A stretch of DNA of 64,000 bases from Scyliorhinus canicula (Eukaryota): positions 91,891,030 to 91,955,029 of the forward strand of contig NC_052154.1 in NCBI RefSeq assembly GCF_902713615.1. Direction: 5' to 3'. Below the pieces are notes generated by a model. It saw nothing but the letters and a program-made list of their open reading frames with translations. It was not told the DNA's origin and searched no databases. Shown here in pieces: positions 23,480 to 36,780 of this stretch. The number at the start of each line of letters is the position of its first letter. Positions within the stretch are counted from its first letter, which is position 1. The position numbers and the translations under genes are program-made.

Positions 23480-24625
23480 GACTTTATTTCTCATACTTGC
23501 TCCCGTCATATATACCTTTAAGTGTGCGAAATGTCCGTGCGGTACACATTTTTAACATATGTTTCCTCTGTCTTCTGTCTTTCAGTCATCAGGAATTGCC
23601 CATCCCCTGACCGCTGCACAGAACCTTGCCTTAGTTTTCATCCCCTTGACAATCTAATTGAACTTCACTCCACCGCCACACGCCAATTCACCCTCCCGCC
23701 CAAAGGCACTAGCAAATCGCCCTGCAAGGATATTCGCCCTAGTTTTGGTCCTGGTGCAGACCCTTCAGCATCGAAGTTTCCCGGTGTTGTACACCAATGC
23801 CAATGACTAAAAAAGATGATGCCGTCCGACCTACACCAGCTTTCTAGCTACTCGTCCAAATACTGAATGATCTTATTTGATGCAGCACGGCATGTGGGGC
23901 TGGTTGCAATTCTAGCCTTACTTCTCTAGATGTCCTGTTTTAAGATCTTTTTTCCAGCTCCATGGAATTGATTTTCAGCTGCCCATTACCTTTCCCCCTC
24001 AATCCACTGACACGAATGCGGACCATGATCTCCGATCGACAACAGCCACCAGAAGAATGCCCTTCAGCCTCTCCACTTCAATCTTGATGCAGTACCAGGA
24101 AGGCAACATATCTTCTTAGACTCATTTATGTTGCCACATGAACGCCAGTCCAGTAGAATAACCCACGAATCCCCTGTCTGCAATGGTGCTCTTTCATTCT
24201 TCATCACCTCTTGTTTAGCAGAACTAGCTGAGATCCACAAACCTGTTTCCGACTGTGCTCCTTTGTGGAAACAATAGCCTCAACAAATCTTAATACGGAA
24301 TGCCGAATAGTTAGCAAGACCACGGGAATACTTGCATTACGTGCCCGTTTCTCCTGGACTGCCTCACTGCAACCCATTCCCTTTCTGAAAGCAGTCGTAC
24401 ACGCTGTAGTGTTATCACTTCGCAGAACATGCTCGCGACATCGCTCACAGCCATACGGATGCACCACAGGTACGTCAATGGACCTACCAAAACCGGAGCC
24501 CAAGTTTTTGCAGCTGATGACACTTCCCGTACATCTGGTTATCTAGGACACAAGAAACGTCCATTTCTCCCCCATATTGCAGGGAACGTTTTCCACATGA
24601 GCGAGCTGTCCTGCCATGACTATCA
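23480..24625 (-). mobile_element. Degraded CR1 5' region (ORF1)
   Basis: Minus strand atggcaggacagctc...gggaagtgtcatcagctgcaaaaacttgggctccgg resembles the CR1 ORF1 N-terminus. Confidence 0.55.
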
Positions 24626-24883
24626 TTTCGTCATAGACTCAAAGACTGAAAGCACGCGTCGTGTCTGTACCATCATTAACCTATCTAGGGGCTTTTCACA
24701 ATAACTTTATTTGAATCCTACTTGTGACAGTAAGCGATTTTCATTTTTCATTTCATTTCATATATTCAAATCCCATTTTCCAGCACTTGTACGGTATAGT
24801 GTTCAAAGTGTTCATCTAAATGCTTCGTTCGTGATGCGAGGGTTTTCAGTACGACCACCGTTTGCGGCTGTGAAATTCGGATT

Positions 24884-25227
24884 CATAGAACATAGTACAG
24901 TACAGCACAGAACAGGCCCTTCGGCCCTCGATGTTGTGCCGAGCAATGATCACCCTACTCAAACCCACGTATCCACCCTATACCCGTAACCCAACAACAC
25001 CCCCCTTAACCCTACTTTTTAGAACACTACGGGCAATTTAGCATGGCCAATCCACCTAACCCGCACATCTTTGGACTGTGGGAGGAAACCGGAGCACCCG
25101 GAGGAAACCCACGCACACACGGGGAGGATGTGCAGACTCCACACAGACAGTGACCCAGCCGGGAATCGAACCTGGGACCCTGGAGCTGTGAAGCATTTAT
25201 GCTAACCACTATGCTACCGTGCTGCCC
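24884..25227 (-). mobile_element. Young HE1/V-SINE
   Basis: Full-length reverse copy. Confidence 0.95.
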
Positions 25228-25581
25228 GCCACTCTCTCGGGGAAAACGTTTTTCCTTGATCTCCCTTTAAGTTTCCTGTGCATTATTATAAATATACGCC
25301 CTTCCTTTATTGACCATCTACTAAGGGGGAAATGTTTTTGTCCTATCTACGTTACCTATGACTTTCATAATGTTGTACCCCTCAATCAGGTCCCCACTCA
25401 GCGTGCTTTGTCCCAAGACGATAAACCGTAGGGTAAAGAGCATCTCATCACAGCTGAAACGCCCGCCTCAGGCAACATTCTGGTAAATATCCTTCACACG
25501 TTTATTTCTTCAATACCCTCCTTCCTTTAGTGAGACGTCAGAACTTTACACATTCCTCAAGTTGTGGTTTACCGTGCGCTA

Positions 25582-25767
25582 TTTGAAATGAAATGAAATG
25601 AAAATCGCTTATTGTCACGAGTAGGCTTCAATGAAGTTACTGTGAAAAGCCCCTAGTCGCCACATTCCGGCGCCTGTCTGGGGAGGCTGGTACGGGAATT
25701 GAACCGTGCTGCTGGCCTGCTTGGTCTGCTTTAAAAGCCAGCGATTTAGCCCAGTGAGCTAAACCAG
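25582..25767 (-). mobile_element. Second-family SINE
   Basis: (gaaat)n tail and reverse-complement head ...gagctaaaccag. Confidence 0.9.
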
Positions 25768-25977
25768 AACGTCATCGTAACAGCCATGCTCTTACATTTT
25801 ATACATCGGCTATTATAGGCAAGTATCCCACATGCCATTTTGATCATCTTATCAACCTGTCCTGTTGCTATAAGGAACTTATGGACATGTACCCAAGGTC
25901 CCCCTAGTCACCTGTACGTCCTACAGTCCTACTGTTCATTGTGTATTTCTTTAACTTCCAACCCTCCAGAATAACAT

Positions 25978-26297
25978 CGGGCGTGGAACTGTGGCACAGT
26001 GGTTAGCACAGCTGCCTCACAGTGCTAGGAATCTGGAATAGATTTGGCCTTGGGTAACTGTCTGGAGTCTGAACATTCGCCCGGTGTGTGCATGGGTTTC
26101 CTACGGGTGCTTTGGTTTCCTCCCACAGTCCAAAGATGTTCAGTTTCGGTGAATTGGTCATTCTGAATTGACCCTCAATGTCCAAAAACAATTGGTTGGG
26201 CTGCTGGATTAAAGCGCTATAGTGGGGCGTGGGCCTCAGTAGTGTGCTTTTTCCAAGGGTCGGTGCAGAAGTGATGGACCAAATTGCCTCTGTCTGC
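25978..26297 (+). mobile_element. Old HE1-type SINE
   Basis: gtggcacagtggttagcac head; ctttggtttcctcccacagtccaaagatg core. Confidence 0.8.
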
Positions 26298-27029
26298 ATT
26301 GTGGGGATTCTATAATTGATTGATTGATTGAATGCATCATCTCACACTTCTCAGGGTTAAGTTTTATTTATGACAGTTTACCTCTTTGACCAAATCTTCC
26401 ATATCACCATGCAAACTAAGACATGCCTCCTCGCAATTTAGTACATCACCAATTCTTGAGTCATCTGAGAATTTATTGATTATACACTGCAATCCCCTCA
26501 CATTCCCGTTCTGGTCATTAAAGTACATTATATACAGAAATCGACAAGCACCAATCCCTGTGATACATTATTATACGACTGCTTCTATTCACAAATGCAA
26601 AATTTGACCAACGCTATTTGCCAGTTACAAAACCAGATTTACCTACTTGCACATGCTCTCCAGAAGAGAACATCAATTAGCTTGACTTTCACTGGATAGC
26701 AGGGAAGAAACTTAAAATTAACAAAAGAAAATTTAAGTTAAGTGATACATTGCAAGCAAACTGGATACGTCTTATTGAAAAGATTTTTAAATATTAAATT
26801 GCACTTGCTTACTCACAGAACTCGCAGTAATTATTTAAACGTCTGAAACTTCCAATGTCTATGCTGTTGATCATAATGCAGGTTTATAAGATTAACGCTA
26901 GGTTGTGTTCATCTGTGCTCCACCTTCAATCTTTATATTTTGCCTACCTTCCTTGAAATGGAGAATGTTTCCACAGTGCGATCGAGCAAAAAGAATATAT
27001 ATTGACGAATGCCTTTCAAAGATGTGCTG

Positions 27030-27030
<1 letters not shown>

Positions 27031-27064
<34 letters not shown>
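27031..27064. repeat. (TA)n microsatellite
   Basis: Direct reading of the sequence. Confidence 0.95.
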
Positions 27065-27068
<4 letters not shown>

Positions 27069-27106
27069 GTAATATGTTTAAAGGTATTCTGTATCTGTTA
27101 CTAATT

Positions 27107-28886
27107 TGTCAGGGGGGTGGGAAAACGAGCTGTAGTCCACAAACGAGTGTTGAGAGTAGTGAGGTTCTGAGGAGGGTATCAAGGTCGCAGGAGTGTACTA
27201 GCAGACAGGAAGGTGGGTTGAAGTGTGTCTACTTCAATACAAGGAGCATCCGGAATAAGGTAGATGAACTTGGAGCGTGGATTGGTACTTGGAACTACGA
27301 TGTTGTGGCCATTACGGAGACATAGTTAGAACAGGGACAGGAATGGTTGTTGGAAGTTCCGGGGTAGAGATGTTTCAGTAAGAGTAGGGAAGGTAGTAAA
27401 AGAGGTAGAGGAGTAGCATTATGAATTAAGGATAGTTTAAGGACTGTAGAAAGGCATTTCGAAGGGGATCTGCCTACTGAGGTAATATGGGCTGAAGATA
27501 GATATAAGAAAGGAGCGGTCATGTTGTTAGGAGTTTTCTATAGAACCCCAAATAGTAATAGAGATGCGGAGGAAGAAATTGGAAAGCAGACCATGGATAG
27601 GTGTGGAGATCTCAGGGCAGTTGTCATGGGTGGCTTTAACTTTCCAAATATTGATTGGAACATCTATAGGTCAAACAGTTCGAATGGGCAGTATTTGTAC
27701 AGTGTGTGCAAGAGGGCTTCCTGACACAATATGTGGATAGGCCGACAAGAGGTGGGGCTTGGATTTGGTACTTGGTAGTGAACCGACCCAAGTGTTAAAT
27801 GTGTTTGTGGAAGAGCATTTTGGAAATAATGACCACAATTCGGTGTTATTCACTATTGCAATGGAGAGGGATAGGGCCATACAGCAGCGCAAGGTTCATA
27901 ATTGGGAGAGGGGTAATGATGATGTGATTAGGCAAGAATTAGGGAGCATAAGATGGGAACAGAAACTGTCAGGGAAAGGCAAAAATGAAAAGTGGAGCTT
28001 GTTCAAGGAACAAATAATACATGTCCTTGATAGGTTTGGCCCTGTCAGGCAGGGAGGAAATGGCCGTGTGAGGGATCCATGCTACAAAAAAGAGGTTGAA
28101 TGTCTTGTCAAGTGGAAAAAGGAAGCATTTGTAAGGATGAGAAAGTAAAGTTCAGTTGGGTCGCTTGAGGGTTACAAGGTATCAAGGAATTAGCTATTAA
28201 AAAAAGGGCTGAGGAGAGCTAGGAGGGGGCATGAGAAGTCCTTGGCAGGTCGGATCATGGAAAACCCCAAGGCTTTTTACTCTTATGTGAGAAATAAAGG
28301 GGCTTGAGTTTAAGAGCCGTGGGGTTACGCTGCAACTGTACATGGTCCTGGTGAGACCACACTTGGAATATTGTGTGCAGTTCTGGTCACCTCACTATAG
28401 GATGTGGAAGCATTGGAAAGGGTGCAAATGAGATTTATCAGGTTGCTGCCTGGTTTGGAGGGTAGGTCTAATGAGGAACAATTGAGGGAGCTACGGCTTT
28501 TCGCTTTGGAGAGGAGGAGGATGAGAGGCGACTTAATAGAGGTTTATAAAATGATGGGGATATATAGAGTGGACATTCAGATAATATTTCCTAGCGTGTA
28601 TGTAGCTATTACAAGGGGGCATAACTATAAGGTTCAGGGTGGGAGATGTAGGAGGGATGTCCGAGGTAGGTTCTTTATTCAGAGAGTGGTTCGGGTGTGG
28701 AATTGACTGCCTGCTGTCAAAGTGGAGTCGGACACTTTAGGAACATTCAAGCGGTTTTTGGATAGGCACAATGAGGACACCTTAATGACAGAGAGTGCGA
28801 TAGCTTGATCTTGGTTTCGCACAAAGCCCGGCACAACATCGAGGGCCGAACGACCTGTTCTGTGCTGTACTGTTCTATGTTCTATG
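27107..28886 (+). mobile_element. CR1 LINE with internal deletions (EN, linker, RT C-terminus, 3' tail)
   Basis: LKCVYFNTRSIRNK...DVVAITET; VVMGGFNFPNIDW; [15 protein letters not shown]; tail ctgttctatgttctatg. Confidence 0.95.
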
Positions 28887-28920
28887 AGTACAAAAGGCAC
28901 AAATAAGCATTAATTCCACA

Positions 28921-29105
28921 CAGGGCGGCACGGTGGTGCAGTGGTTAGCACTGCTGCCTCACGGCTCTGAGAACCTGGGTTCGATTGCGACACGGATCCC
29001 TGACCTTGTGGAGTTTGCACATTCTCCCCGTGTTTGTGTGGGTCTCACCCCGAAGATGTGAAATCGAAGTGGATTGGCCACACTAAATTGGCCCTTAATT
29101 AGATT
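28921..29105 (+). mobile_element. Old HE1-type SINE
   Basis: gggcggcacggtggtgcagtggttagcac head. Confidence 0.85.
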
Positions 29106-29129
29106 AAAATCAATTAACTACTTTAAATT

Positions 29130-29760
29130 TATTTTTTATCATTCATCCCGGACATGTATGTGTTTACAAAGACAGTCCTAATGAAGCTTTTCTATAAAAA
29201 GAAGATTGTCTTTGGAGCTGGTACTCTGTTTATACATAGCTGAGATAATGGGATACAGATGATGTAATTAATGTGAGGAGCCAAGCTATCGCGGGCAGAT
29301 TAGTATCAGTCTAGAAAAGATTGCAAAACTTGCAGCTGTTGTCTGAAAGTTGTTCCCTCTCCCTGAAAGCAGTATTTCCATGAAATGATTACTTCAAGTG
29401 TCCCAGCAAGTGACCATGTATTTGCTGACTTTACTTATCAATGGCTTTCGACCTGTGATGGGGTTCGCTTAGTTGGAGATAAAGAAGCAGTTAGAAATAG
29501 TAGTGTTTCATTTTATTGTAAAAAACTGTTTAACTGTTTGTTGCAGCCATTTTCTATGATGTTAATGTCTTACAACGCTGTGTTCATAATACAATTTGTT
29601 TTTATTTTACCACGCAGCTATTGGTCAGTGGAATCACTTCTGGAGATAGCTATCCATTGGTAACAGATCTAAAAAAAATATTTTAAAGTGTATGCGGTTC
29701 TTGTTCGGTATCGGAACAAATGTTGAGTTCGGGTCTAGTGTCTTAACAGATGGTAAATCA
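29130..29760 (+). mobile_element. Probable Gypsy LTR remnant
   Basis: Non-coding; lies upstream of the Gypsy internal region; resembles recalled shark Gypsy LTR sequence (not verified by search). Confidence 0.4.
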
Positions 29761-30607
29761 CCTTTCTGAGGCAGTATTTTATTTATGTGCGATGACAAAC
29801 AAAAGGCTGTGGATCACGACACAATGAGCGCGGAATTGCTAAAACTGTGTTCTTGGCAACGAGCTGCGCCCTCGGCAAACAGTTCCAGAACATTTACAAC
29901 ACTGCCATCTTAACAGCAATGTACACACTTGCACAGTAATAAACTATTCGCATAGATCAGGGCAAATGCAACGAAGCCAGTTATGGGCCCATAAGTTTCC
30001 TCTCAATAACAAGTTAACCGATGGAATGTAGCACCGCCAGGTCTATAAAATGACAATTATACAGAAATACCGTGCTACACGGGCGCGCAGTTTGGATTCC
30101 ACCAGGCCCACTTAGTTCGCAACTCATTAAAAAAACTTGTTTCAAAAATTATCTTCTGGGCTGAATTCAAGCAGTAACGTAAATTAGTGCTCTTCACCTC
30201 AATGAACTTTCAACCAAACGTGGCAAAACGGCCAGCTCAGCTGATAGCAAAGAAAAAAAAAGTAAAAATCGGATTGTTATGTAAAACCCAAAATAAGATG
30301 TACTTCATAAAATCACATAATCTGTGGCACGAAGAGAGGCGCAAACTGTTCCATGCCACCCACTTTCTTGGAGTAGTATAGGTATAACAACACCGAAGAA
30401 GCTCGCCACATTCCAAGCGCTTGGAGTGCGATTCGTTAATGCGTATTGTGATTTGTGTCTGTTGCAGTAATGTTAGTAAAGTAATTTAGATCAAATTAAC
30501 CAGATTATATGCCTGATAAAACTGTGATTAAGGCATTAATAGTTATACAGGCTGTGATAGAATGTTCTCAGAACTTGATCAGGGGTATAGTTTAGTCTGG
30601 GGAAAGG

Positions 30608-30835
30608 TGGGGCGGCGCGGTAGCATAGTGGTTGACGCTGCTGCCTTATGGAACTGAGGACTTCAGTTCTCCAGCCCCGCGTCACGTTACTTGTGGAGTT
30701 TGCAAGTTCTGCCTGTGTTTGCCTGGGTCCTACCCGCACAACCAAGAGATGTGAAGGCCAATTGGACTGCCTCGCTAAATTGGCAATTCATTGGAAAAGA
30801 AATGAATTGGGCACTCTAAAGTTAAAAAAAACCAT
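30608..30835 (+). mobile_element. Old HE1-type SINE
   Basis: ggggcggcgcggtagcatagtggtt head. Confidence 0.75.
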
Positions 30836-31099
30836 ATAAAAATAAATTGACAAATTCTGGCAAGGATATAACTGAATTACAGGTGTAAGTGTTGCCTCCT
30901 GTAGTTGAAATAGCAGTGGCAAACTCCTGGTTGAAACAAGAGGAGCAGAAATCAAGGAGCAACTACAGGGAAGCTGAGTTGTGGTTATCCGAAACAAAAT
31001 ATTTGACCAAATAGCTGATAAAACAGAAGGATAGATGGAGGATGAAGCTCATACCTTTACTTGAGGAAAGGGACGCTGGACAAATTACAAAAAAGGCAG

Positions 31100-31408
31100 A
31101 ATCGAAGAATCTACAGTGCAGAAGGAGGCCATTCGGTCCAACGAGTCTACACCGACGCCTGAAAGAGCGTCCTGCTTGAGTAACTCCACCTAACCGTTTG
31201 ACCATCCGGGAAAATAAGCATGCCCAATCCACCTAACCCGCACTTGTTTGGAAGTTGGGAGCAATCCGTAGCACCCGCAGAAAGCCCATGCAGACGCAAG
31301 GAGAATGTGCAGACTCCGCACAGATCGAGAGCCAAGGCAGGAATCGAACCAGAGTGCCAGGCACTGTGAAGCAACAGTGCTAACCGCTGTATTACCATGC
31401 CGCTCCAT
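31100..31408 (-). mobile_element. Old HE1-type SINE inside Gypsy
   Basis: Reverse copy with a cagtgcagaaggaggccattcgg tail. Confidence 0.8.
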
Positions 31409-32190
31409 TCAGAACATTCTGATAAAGCAGTTGTATCATAAAGCGTACAGAGATATAAAATCTGATTGTATATCAATGTATTATTACATCAGAAATGACG
31501 TATTACTGAGGAAGTGGAGACCTTTACATATTCAGGTAGATGAAAAATGGGCAGACATTCATCAAGTAATATTACTGATGGGTTATAGAAAGAGATTTCA
31601 ACTTAGTATATGAAATTTCAGTTGGGACTTATTTGAGATGAAAGGAAACTCAAGCAAAAATAGAAAATAATATTTTTAGTGGGCTCAACTGCACAAGGAA
31701 GTTGTTGATTTTCTGGTACATATCATACATGTCAAGTAATAGGAAAACCTACAGTGGTATTAGAAAACGCTATCCTTGGTAACCTTACCAGAATTTGAGG
31801 GGGCTTCGACTGGGATGTGAATTTTGCATGGGACAGCTTCATAAAATAGAAAATGAGCATCAATATTTGTTGACCACAATGAATGCTTTGACGTGAGTTC
31901 TGAAGGTCTTTCCACTTCGAAATATTACAGCTAAGAGGGCTATGTAATGATATATATAGTACAGATATAGTAAAGTGTTAACAAGAGAGATTACATGGAT
32001 ATCAGCAACAGATGGCGTCACGGAGTCATCATCTAAAAGGCTGCGTCTCGCTGCATGTTGGGAGAAACTGATGGAGATTCAATGTAGGAAGATCGTGTGA
32101 GGTTGAGTTAGAGTGCAGTTTATATATTAGAGAGATTATTGATTACTGTATCCTAGATTCAGTACTATTATGTCGTGACATGTTCCTCAA

Positions 32191-32358
32191 GGGGCTGATT
32201 TAGCAGAGTGAGCTCAATAGCTGGCTTTTAAAGCAGACCCAGATACGCCAGCAGCGCGGGTTTAATTCTCGGGCAAGCCTCCCCCAGGGGCCGGAATGTG
32301 GTGACTAGGGGCTTTTCACTGTAACTTCATTTGAAGCCAACTTGTGATTTTCATTTCA
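32191..32358 (+). mobile_element. Second-family SINE
   Basis: ggggctgatttagc head, tttcatttca tail. Confidence 0.85.
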
Positions 32359-33829
32359 GTAACGTTTGCAAACCTAATCAAGTTTAGTAGTGTAAAATAA
32401 ATTATTTTTGATTTAAACATGTATTTTTATGTTCTTTTTAACACTACATCTGTGATTATCTTGCAGAACAAAGCAAGGAATATAACAGGTTATAGAGGAG
32501 TTAACTGTTTATTTTACCAGATAAGTGCTAGCAAAACAAACCTAATCATTTATTATTTCGGGAAGTTATGGATAATTACGGATTAACACAGTTGAATTCA
32601 AACGTGCATCATCCAAAATCGTAGGGAGCAAACGAAAGGTGGCATGAAATTCAAAGGCCATGATCAGGGACTGTACTCAGGATTATCCAGAGGATTGGGA
32701 TAAAGGAATTCCATTTGTACTTTTTGTAATCAGTGATGCCACGCTAACTGATTTCAATCAATTCGAATTGATTTTTGGTCATGGGGTAAAAGGACTACAT
32801 AAATTCATCAAGGAGAAACACGTGAGTCAATGTGTGGAAACGAAATTATTGGACAATGTGACAGTTTTTGCGAGAGATTAACTTGGGCTGGTGAGGCTGC
32901 TATAAAGCATTAAAATTGTTATGGCATGTAATGGAAAAATACATTTGTAGTTCGTTAGTGGGGAGCAAGTTGTAGGTGAACCATTAAAATCAAGATTTAC
33001 TGTGCTTCATCACATCGAAAGAAAATTTATGTTGAGTGAGGTGAACCATTTGATACGAATGCCAGATACACAGAAAACAGACAAAGTGTGCCACGTTCGT
33101 TTGCTCAAAGGGTATTTTGATATGGAAGATAAACGAAAGAAGGAGAATGTGTTAGATGTTGTACATCACAGAGAAACGATAATGCCAGACTATGCTTAAT
33201 TTGACATTCCACGAATTAAATTGGACAATAAAGATGTAATAAGTAATTTAGGGAATTTACTGAAATTGATGCGAGTGATGATGACAGGAGAAAAAGACCT
33301 GTTGGTTATTTTTTCAGAAGAAGTAAATATTCATCAAAATAAATATATGTAAAGCGAGATGGTGACATTGTTTGGTATTGACGTTGCAACATTTTGCCAT
33401 TTATGTTGCTATCAATTCTTCTGAGAATATTGTTCATACAGACCATAATCATTAACGTTGCTGAAGAAGTTCGAAATAGAAAGTGAAGACTACTTATATG
33501 GAGTATATTGCTACGAGCAATGAACTATAATCACAGTCCATGGTAGCAGTGAGTTAAATTGTGGCGTCGGCTGTGAAATGGTGGCAGGTTTGGACGGATT
33601 AATTTGGAAAAGAACGTCTGATACGGACGATACTAAATGCTTACATTTACATGCCTATATATCATAACGTATGAACATTATAGAGTTCCAGAAGGTGAAA
33701 AGGATGTGGCAATATAAGCCTTTTTTTCTTGCTGATTATTTAAAAAAAATGTATGGTTTGATGAATGTCGGAAATTTGTATATGTAGATTGTATTATGTG
33801 TCTGTTGCAGTAATTGTATCAACATAAAT

Positions 33830-36270
33830 TAGCCACCATGAGGAGATGCCGGCGGTGGACTGGCGTGGGCACAGTCTGAGAACACCAGCTAAACGTCAAA
33901 CGGGTTTGTTTCGAATCACGAGCTTTCAGAGCTTAGGGACATGTTGCCAAGGCCATCCCCACAACCCCACGTCTTGCCATTAAACAACCACGCAATCTCA
34001 CACTGAATATTTTTTGCAGCAAACTATACAACCTTCATGAGAACTTGGGCCACGACACCACACAACCCTGTCATGGCAATCTCTGCAGGAGGTGCCAGAT
34101 CATCGACATGGGTACTACCATTACACTTGGGAACACCACCCATCAGGTACGCAGTACATACTCGTGTGACTCGGCCAATGGTGTCTCCCTCATCTGCTGC
34201 AGGAAAGGATGTCCCGGGGCGCAGTACATTGGCGAACCCATTCAAACACTGTGCCAACAGATGAACGTACATTGCGTGACAATCACCAGGCAGGAATGTT
34301 CCCTTCCAATCGAGAACGCTTAAGCAGTGAAGGGCATTCAGCCTCTGATCTTCAGGTAAGCGTTCTCCAAAGTGGTAATCAGGACGCACAATGACGCAGT
34401 ATTATTGAGCACAAACTTATAGCCAAATTCCACACACATGAGTACAGCCTTGACCGGGACCTTGGATTAATGTCGCATTACATTAACCCCCAACATCTGG
34501 CCTGGGCTTGCAAAATTCTACCAACGGTCCTGCTTGAGATAATTCCCAGCTCTTTAACCTGTGATTATCCCTCTCTCCAGTCGTTCCATCTGTACCTGTG
34601 AAACTTAATTACCTACAACAACCTATCATGTTGCATCACAGATTTTGTCGATATATGTGTTTCTGGAACCCGCCTCTTAATTCACCTGAGGAAAGAGCTG
34701 CGCTCCAGAAGCTAGTGGTTCGAAACAAACCTGTTGGACTTTAGCCTGGTGTTATTAGACATCTTACTGTGTTTATCCCAGTCCAACGCCGGATTCTCAA
34801 TATCATGGCCACCATCGACACAGCAAACTGCCGGCTCAAAGTGGAGAGGATCTCCAAAAAGATTGGGCATATAGACACTGATATTAAGTTTCGACAAAGA
34901 TGCAAGAAAGGAGACAAGATCCCGAAACGACTAGAGATCACAAACTCACTCAGGTTGGCCTACAACATAGACTATGCCTAGAGACTCTGCCATTGCACCT
35001 CTGTCACACTGCTCTACCACCGCAGACACCAGCTCTACAGCAGATTCCGCAACCTGGAAACCAAGATAGACTCCATAACTTACGCTCAGGATGCAGCAGA
35101 CGAGCTGCAGGACATGGCTAAACAGATGAGAAATTGGTACTATGCCACCTAAAGCACACTAAGAACAGGAAGCTTGAGAAACTCGGCATCACCACCAGTA
35201 GCAGCCAAGCCTCCTCCAGTACCAGAGCAGAAAGCAACACAGGGAAATGTTGTCAACTTGTCGGACCCTTCAACCAGACGAAATAAAAGTCATCAGCAGA
35301 GGGCTCAATTTCTGCACCACCATCAAAATGGGCCCCATCAGTCTTGCGGCGGACTCGGAAGATTTCATCTGGTGAATGAGGCTCCGTGAGTTCTTCCATG
35401 GGCCCCAAGAGGCCGACAGTGAACAGAATGAGCCAAGCAATGAACCAGAACAGAAAACCGAGAGGTCTGCTGTGCATCAACGAAAGAGAAAAGAGTCAAA
35501 CTGAACCCCTCTTGAAGGCCACTGCCCTAGACTCAACATGTATGCTCAAGCTGTAAGGAGTCGTGTCAATGCCAGATTCATCATTCGCATTCACAAGACA
35601 GCCCCGAACGTCACCCAAGTACAATGCAATGCCATCCTCGTGCTCAAGACCAACTGCAACATCGTCATCAAACGAGCAAAGAAGTGGTCACCGTTATACT
35701 GATCAGATCGGACTTCTGCAAAGCAGTGTGCCGACAACTCAACAACCAGGAACATTACAGAGGATTACCCACAGATCCGACCAAAGAACACAGCCACCAA
35801 CTGAACAGACTGATCAAGACCAGAGATCCAGCCCTTCAGAACACCCTACATGCTCTCGTCCCACGTACTCCCTGCATTGGAGATCTCTTCTGCTTCCCGA
35901 AAATACACAAGGCCAACTCAACGGGTTACCCCATCGTATCATGCATGGGACCCTGTGCGAAAACCTCTCCAGCTACATCGAGGGCATCTTAAAACCATTC
36001 GTGCAAGGAACAATCAGCTTCTGTCACGATGTGACGGACTTCTTACTGAGACTCAGCACCCATGGACCAGGTGCAACAGGAGCATGAAAAGGTGGATTCC
36101 AGAAACACATATATAGACAAAGTCAGTGATGCAACACGGTACTCAGGTGAACCTGAGGAAGGAGCAGTGCTCCAAAAGCAAGTGGTTCGAAACAAACTTG
36201 TTGGACTTTAACCGGGTGTTGTAAGACTTCTTACTATGCTCACCCCAGTCCGACGCCAGCATCTCCACAC
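33830..36270 (+). mobile_element. Penelope-like retroelement array: inverted pLTR piece, GIY-YIG 3' part, pLTR, ORF N-terminus/RT, pLTR
   Basis: NLCRRCQIIDM...YSCDSANG..LICCRKGCP.AQYIGE (GIY-YIG); MATIDTANCRLKVERISKKI; LSSYIEGILKPFVQGT; block ggtttcgaaacaaac..gttggacttta..ctggtgtt at about 34715 and 36185, inverted at about 33835-33930. Confidence 0.9.
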
Positions 36271-36279
36271 GATGGCTTC

Positions 36280-36780
36280 CCTCAACAGCGTAGGATACAT
36301 TCCATCGGGGCCTGCAGATGTAACTACTTTTGAGGCGGTTGAACATGTTTGTACGTCTCTTCCCTCTATGTTAATTTCCTTTCATATTTCACAGTCCTCC
36401 GCCCCGAAGTTCACATCTGCGTTGGCCTTTTCTATTGTGAAGATAGAATCAAAGCAGTCACCGAGGGCTGTTTCAACGATTTACGTGGCCATACACAACC
36501 ATAGTTTGTCCCGTCCCCCCCCCCCCCCCCCCCCCAGAAATGTCTTTCTGATTTTATGTCATATGTTATATATGTATAAAGCCTTTGGGTTTTTCTTTAA
36601 ACTTCCCGCCAAACTGTTTTCACCCACCCCCTTCACTTTTCTTATCCGTATTTATATTCCCTTTGCACTTTTTATACTTCTCTCGGGACTCGGCCCTACT
36701 GAGGCGTTGGCATTTACCATAAGCTTCTCCTTTTTGTTCCTTATAATGGCCTGAACATCCTGGGTTCCCTCGTCCTGGTC
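36280..36780 (-). mobile_element. Degraded CR1 linker-region fragment
   Basis: Antisense of CR1 ORF2 linker sequence (gccttttctattgtgaagatag...); contains a poly-C run. Confidence 0.55.

Larger units (their letters stand above)
30840..33700 (+). mobile_element. Degraded Gmr1-type Gypsy internal region (integrase, then RT/RH remnants) with nested insertions
   Basis: YYIRNDVLLRKWRPLHIQVDEKWADIHQV; YPEDWDKGIPFVLF..FELIFGH; VCHVRLLKGY; RT remnant cagtccatggtagcagtg at about 33535. Confidence 0.85.

Noticed and set aside
26647-26830. Minus-strand splice-like signals
   Set aside because: No recognisable product and no phase chain to other exons.
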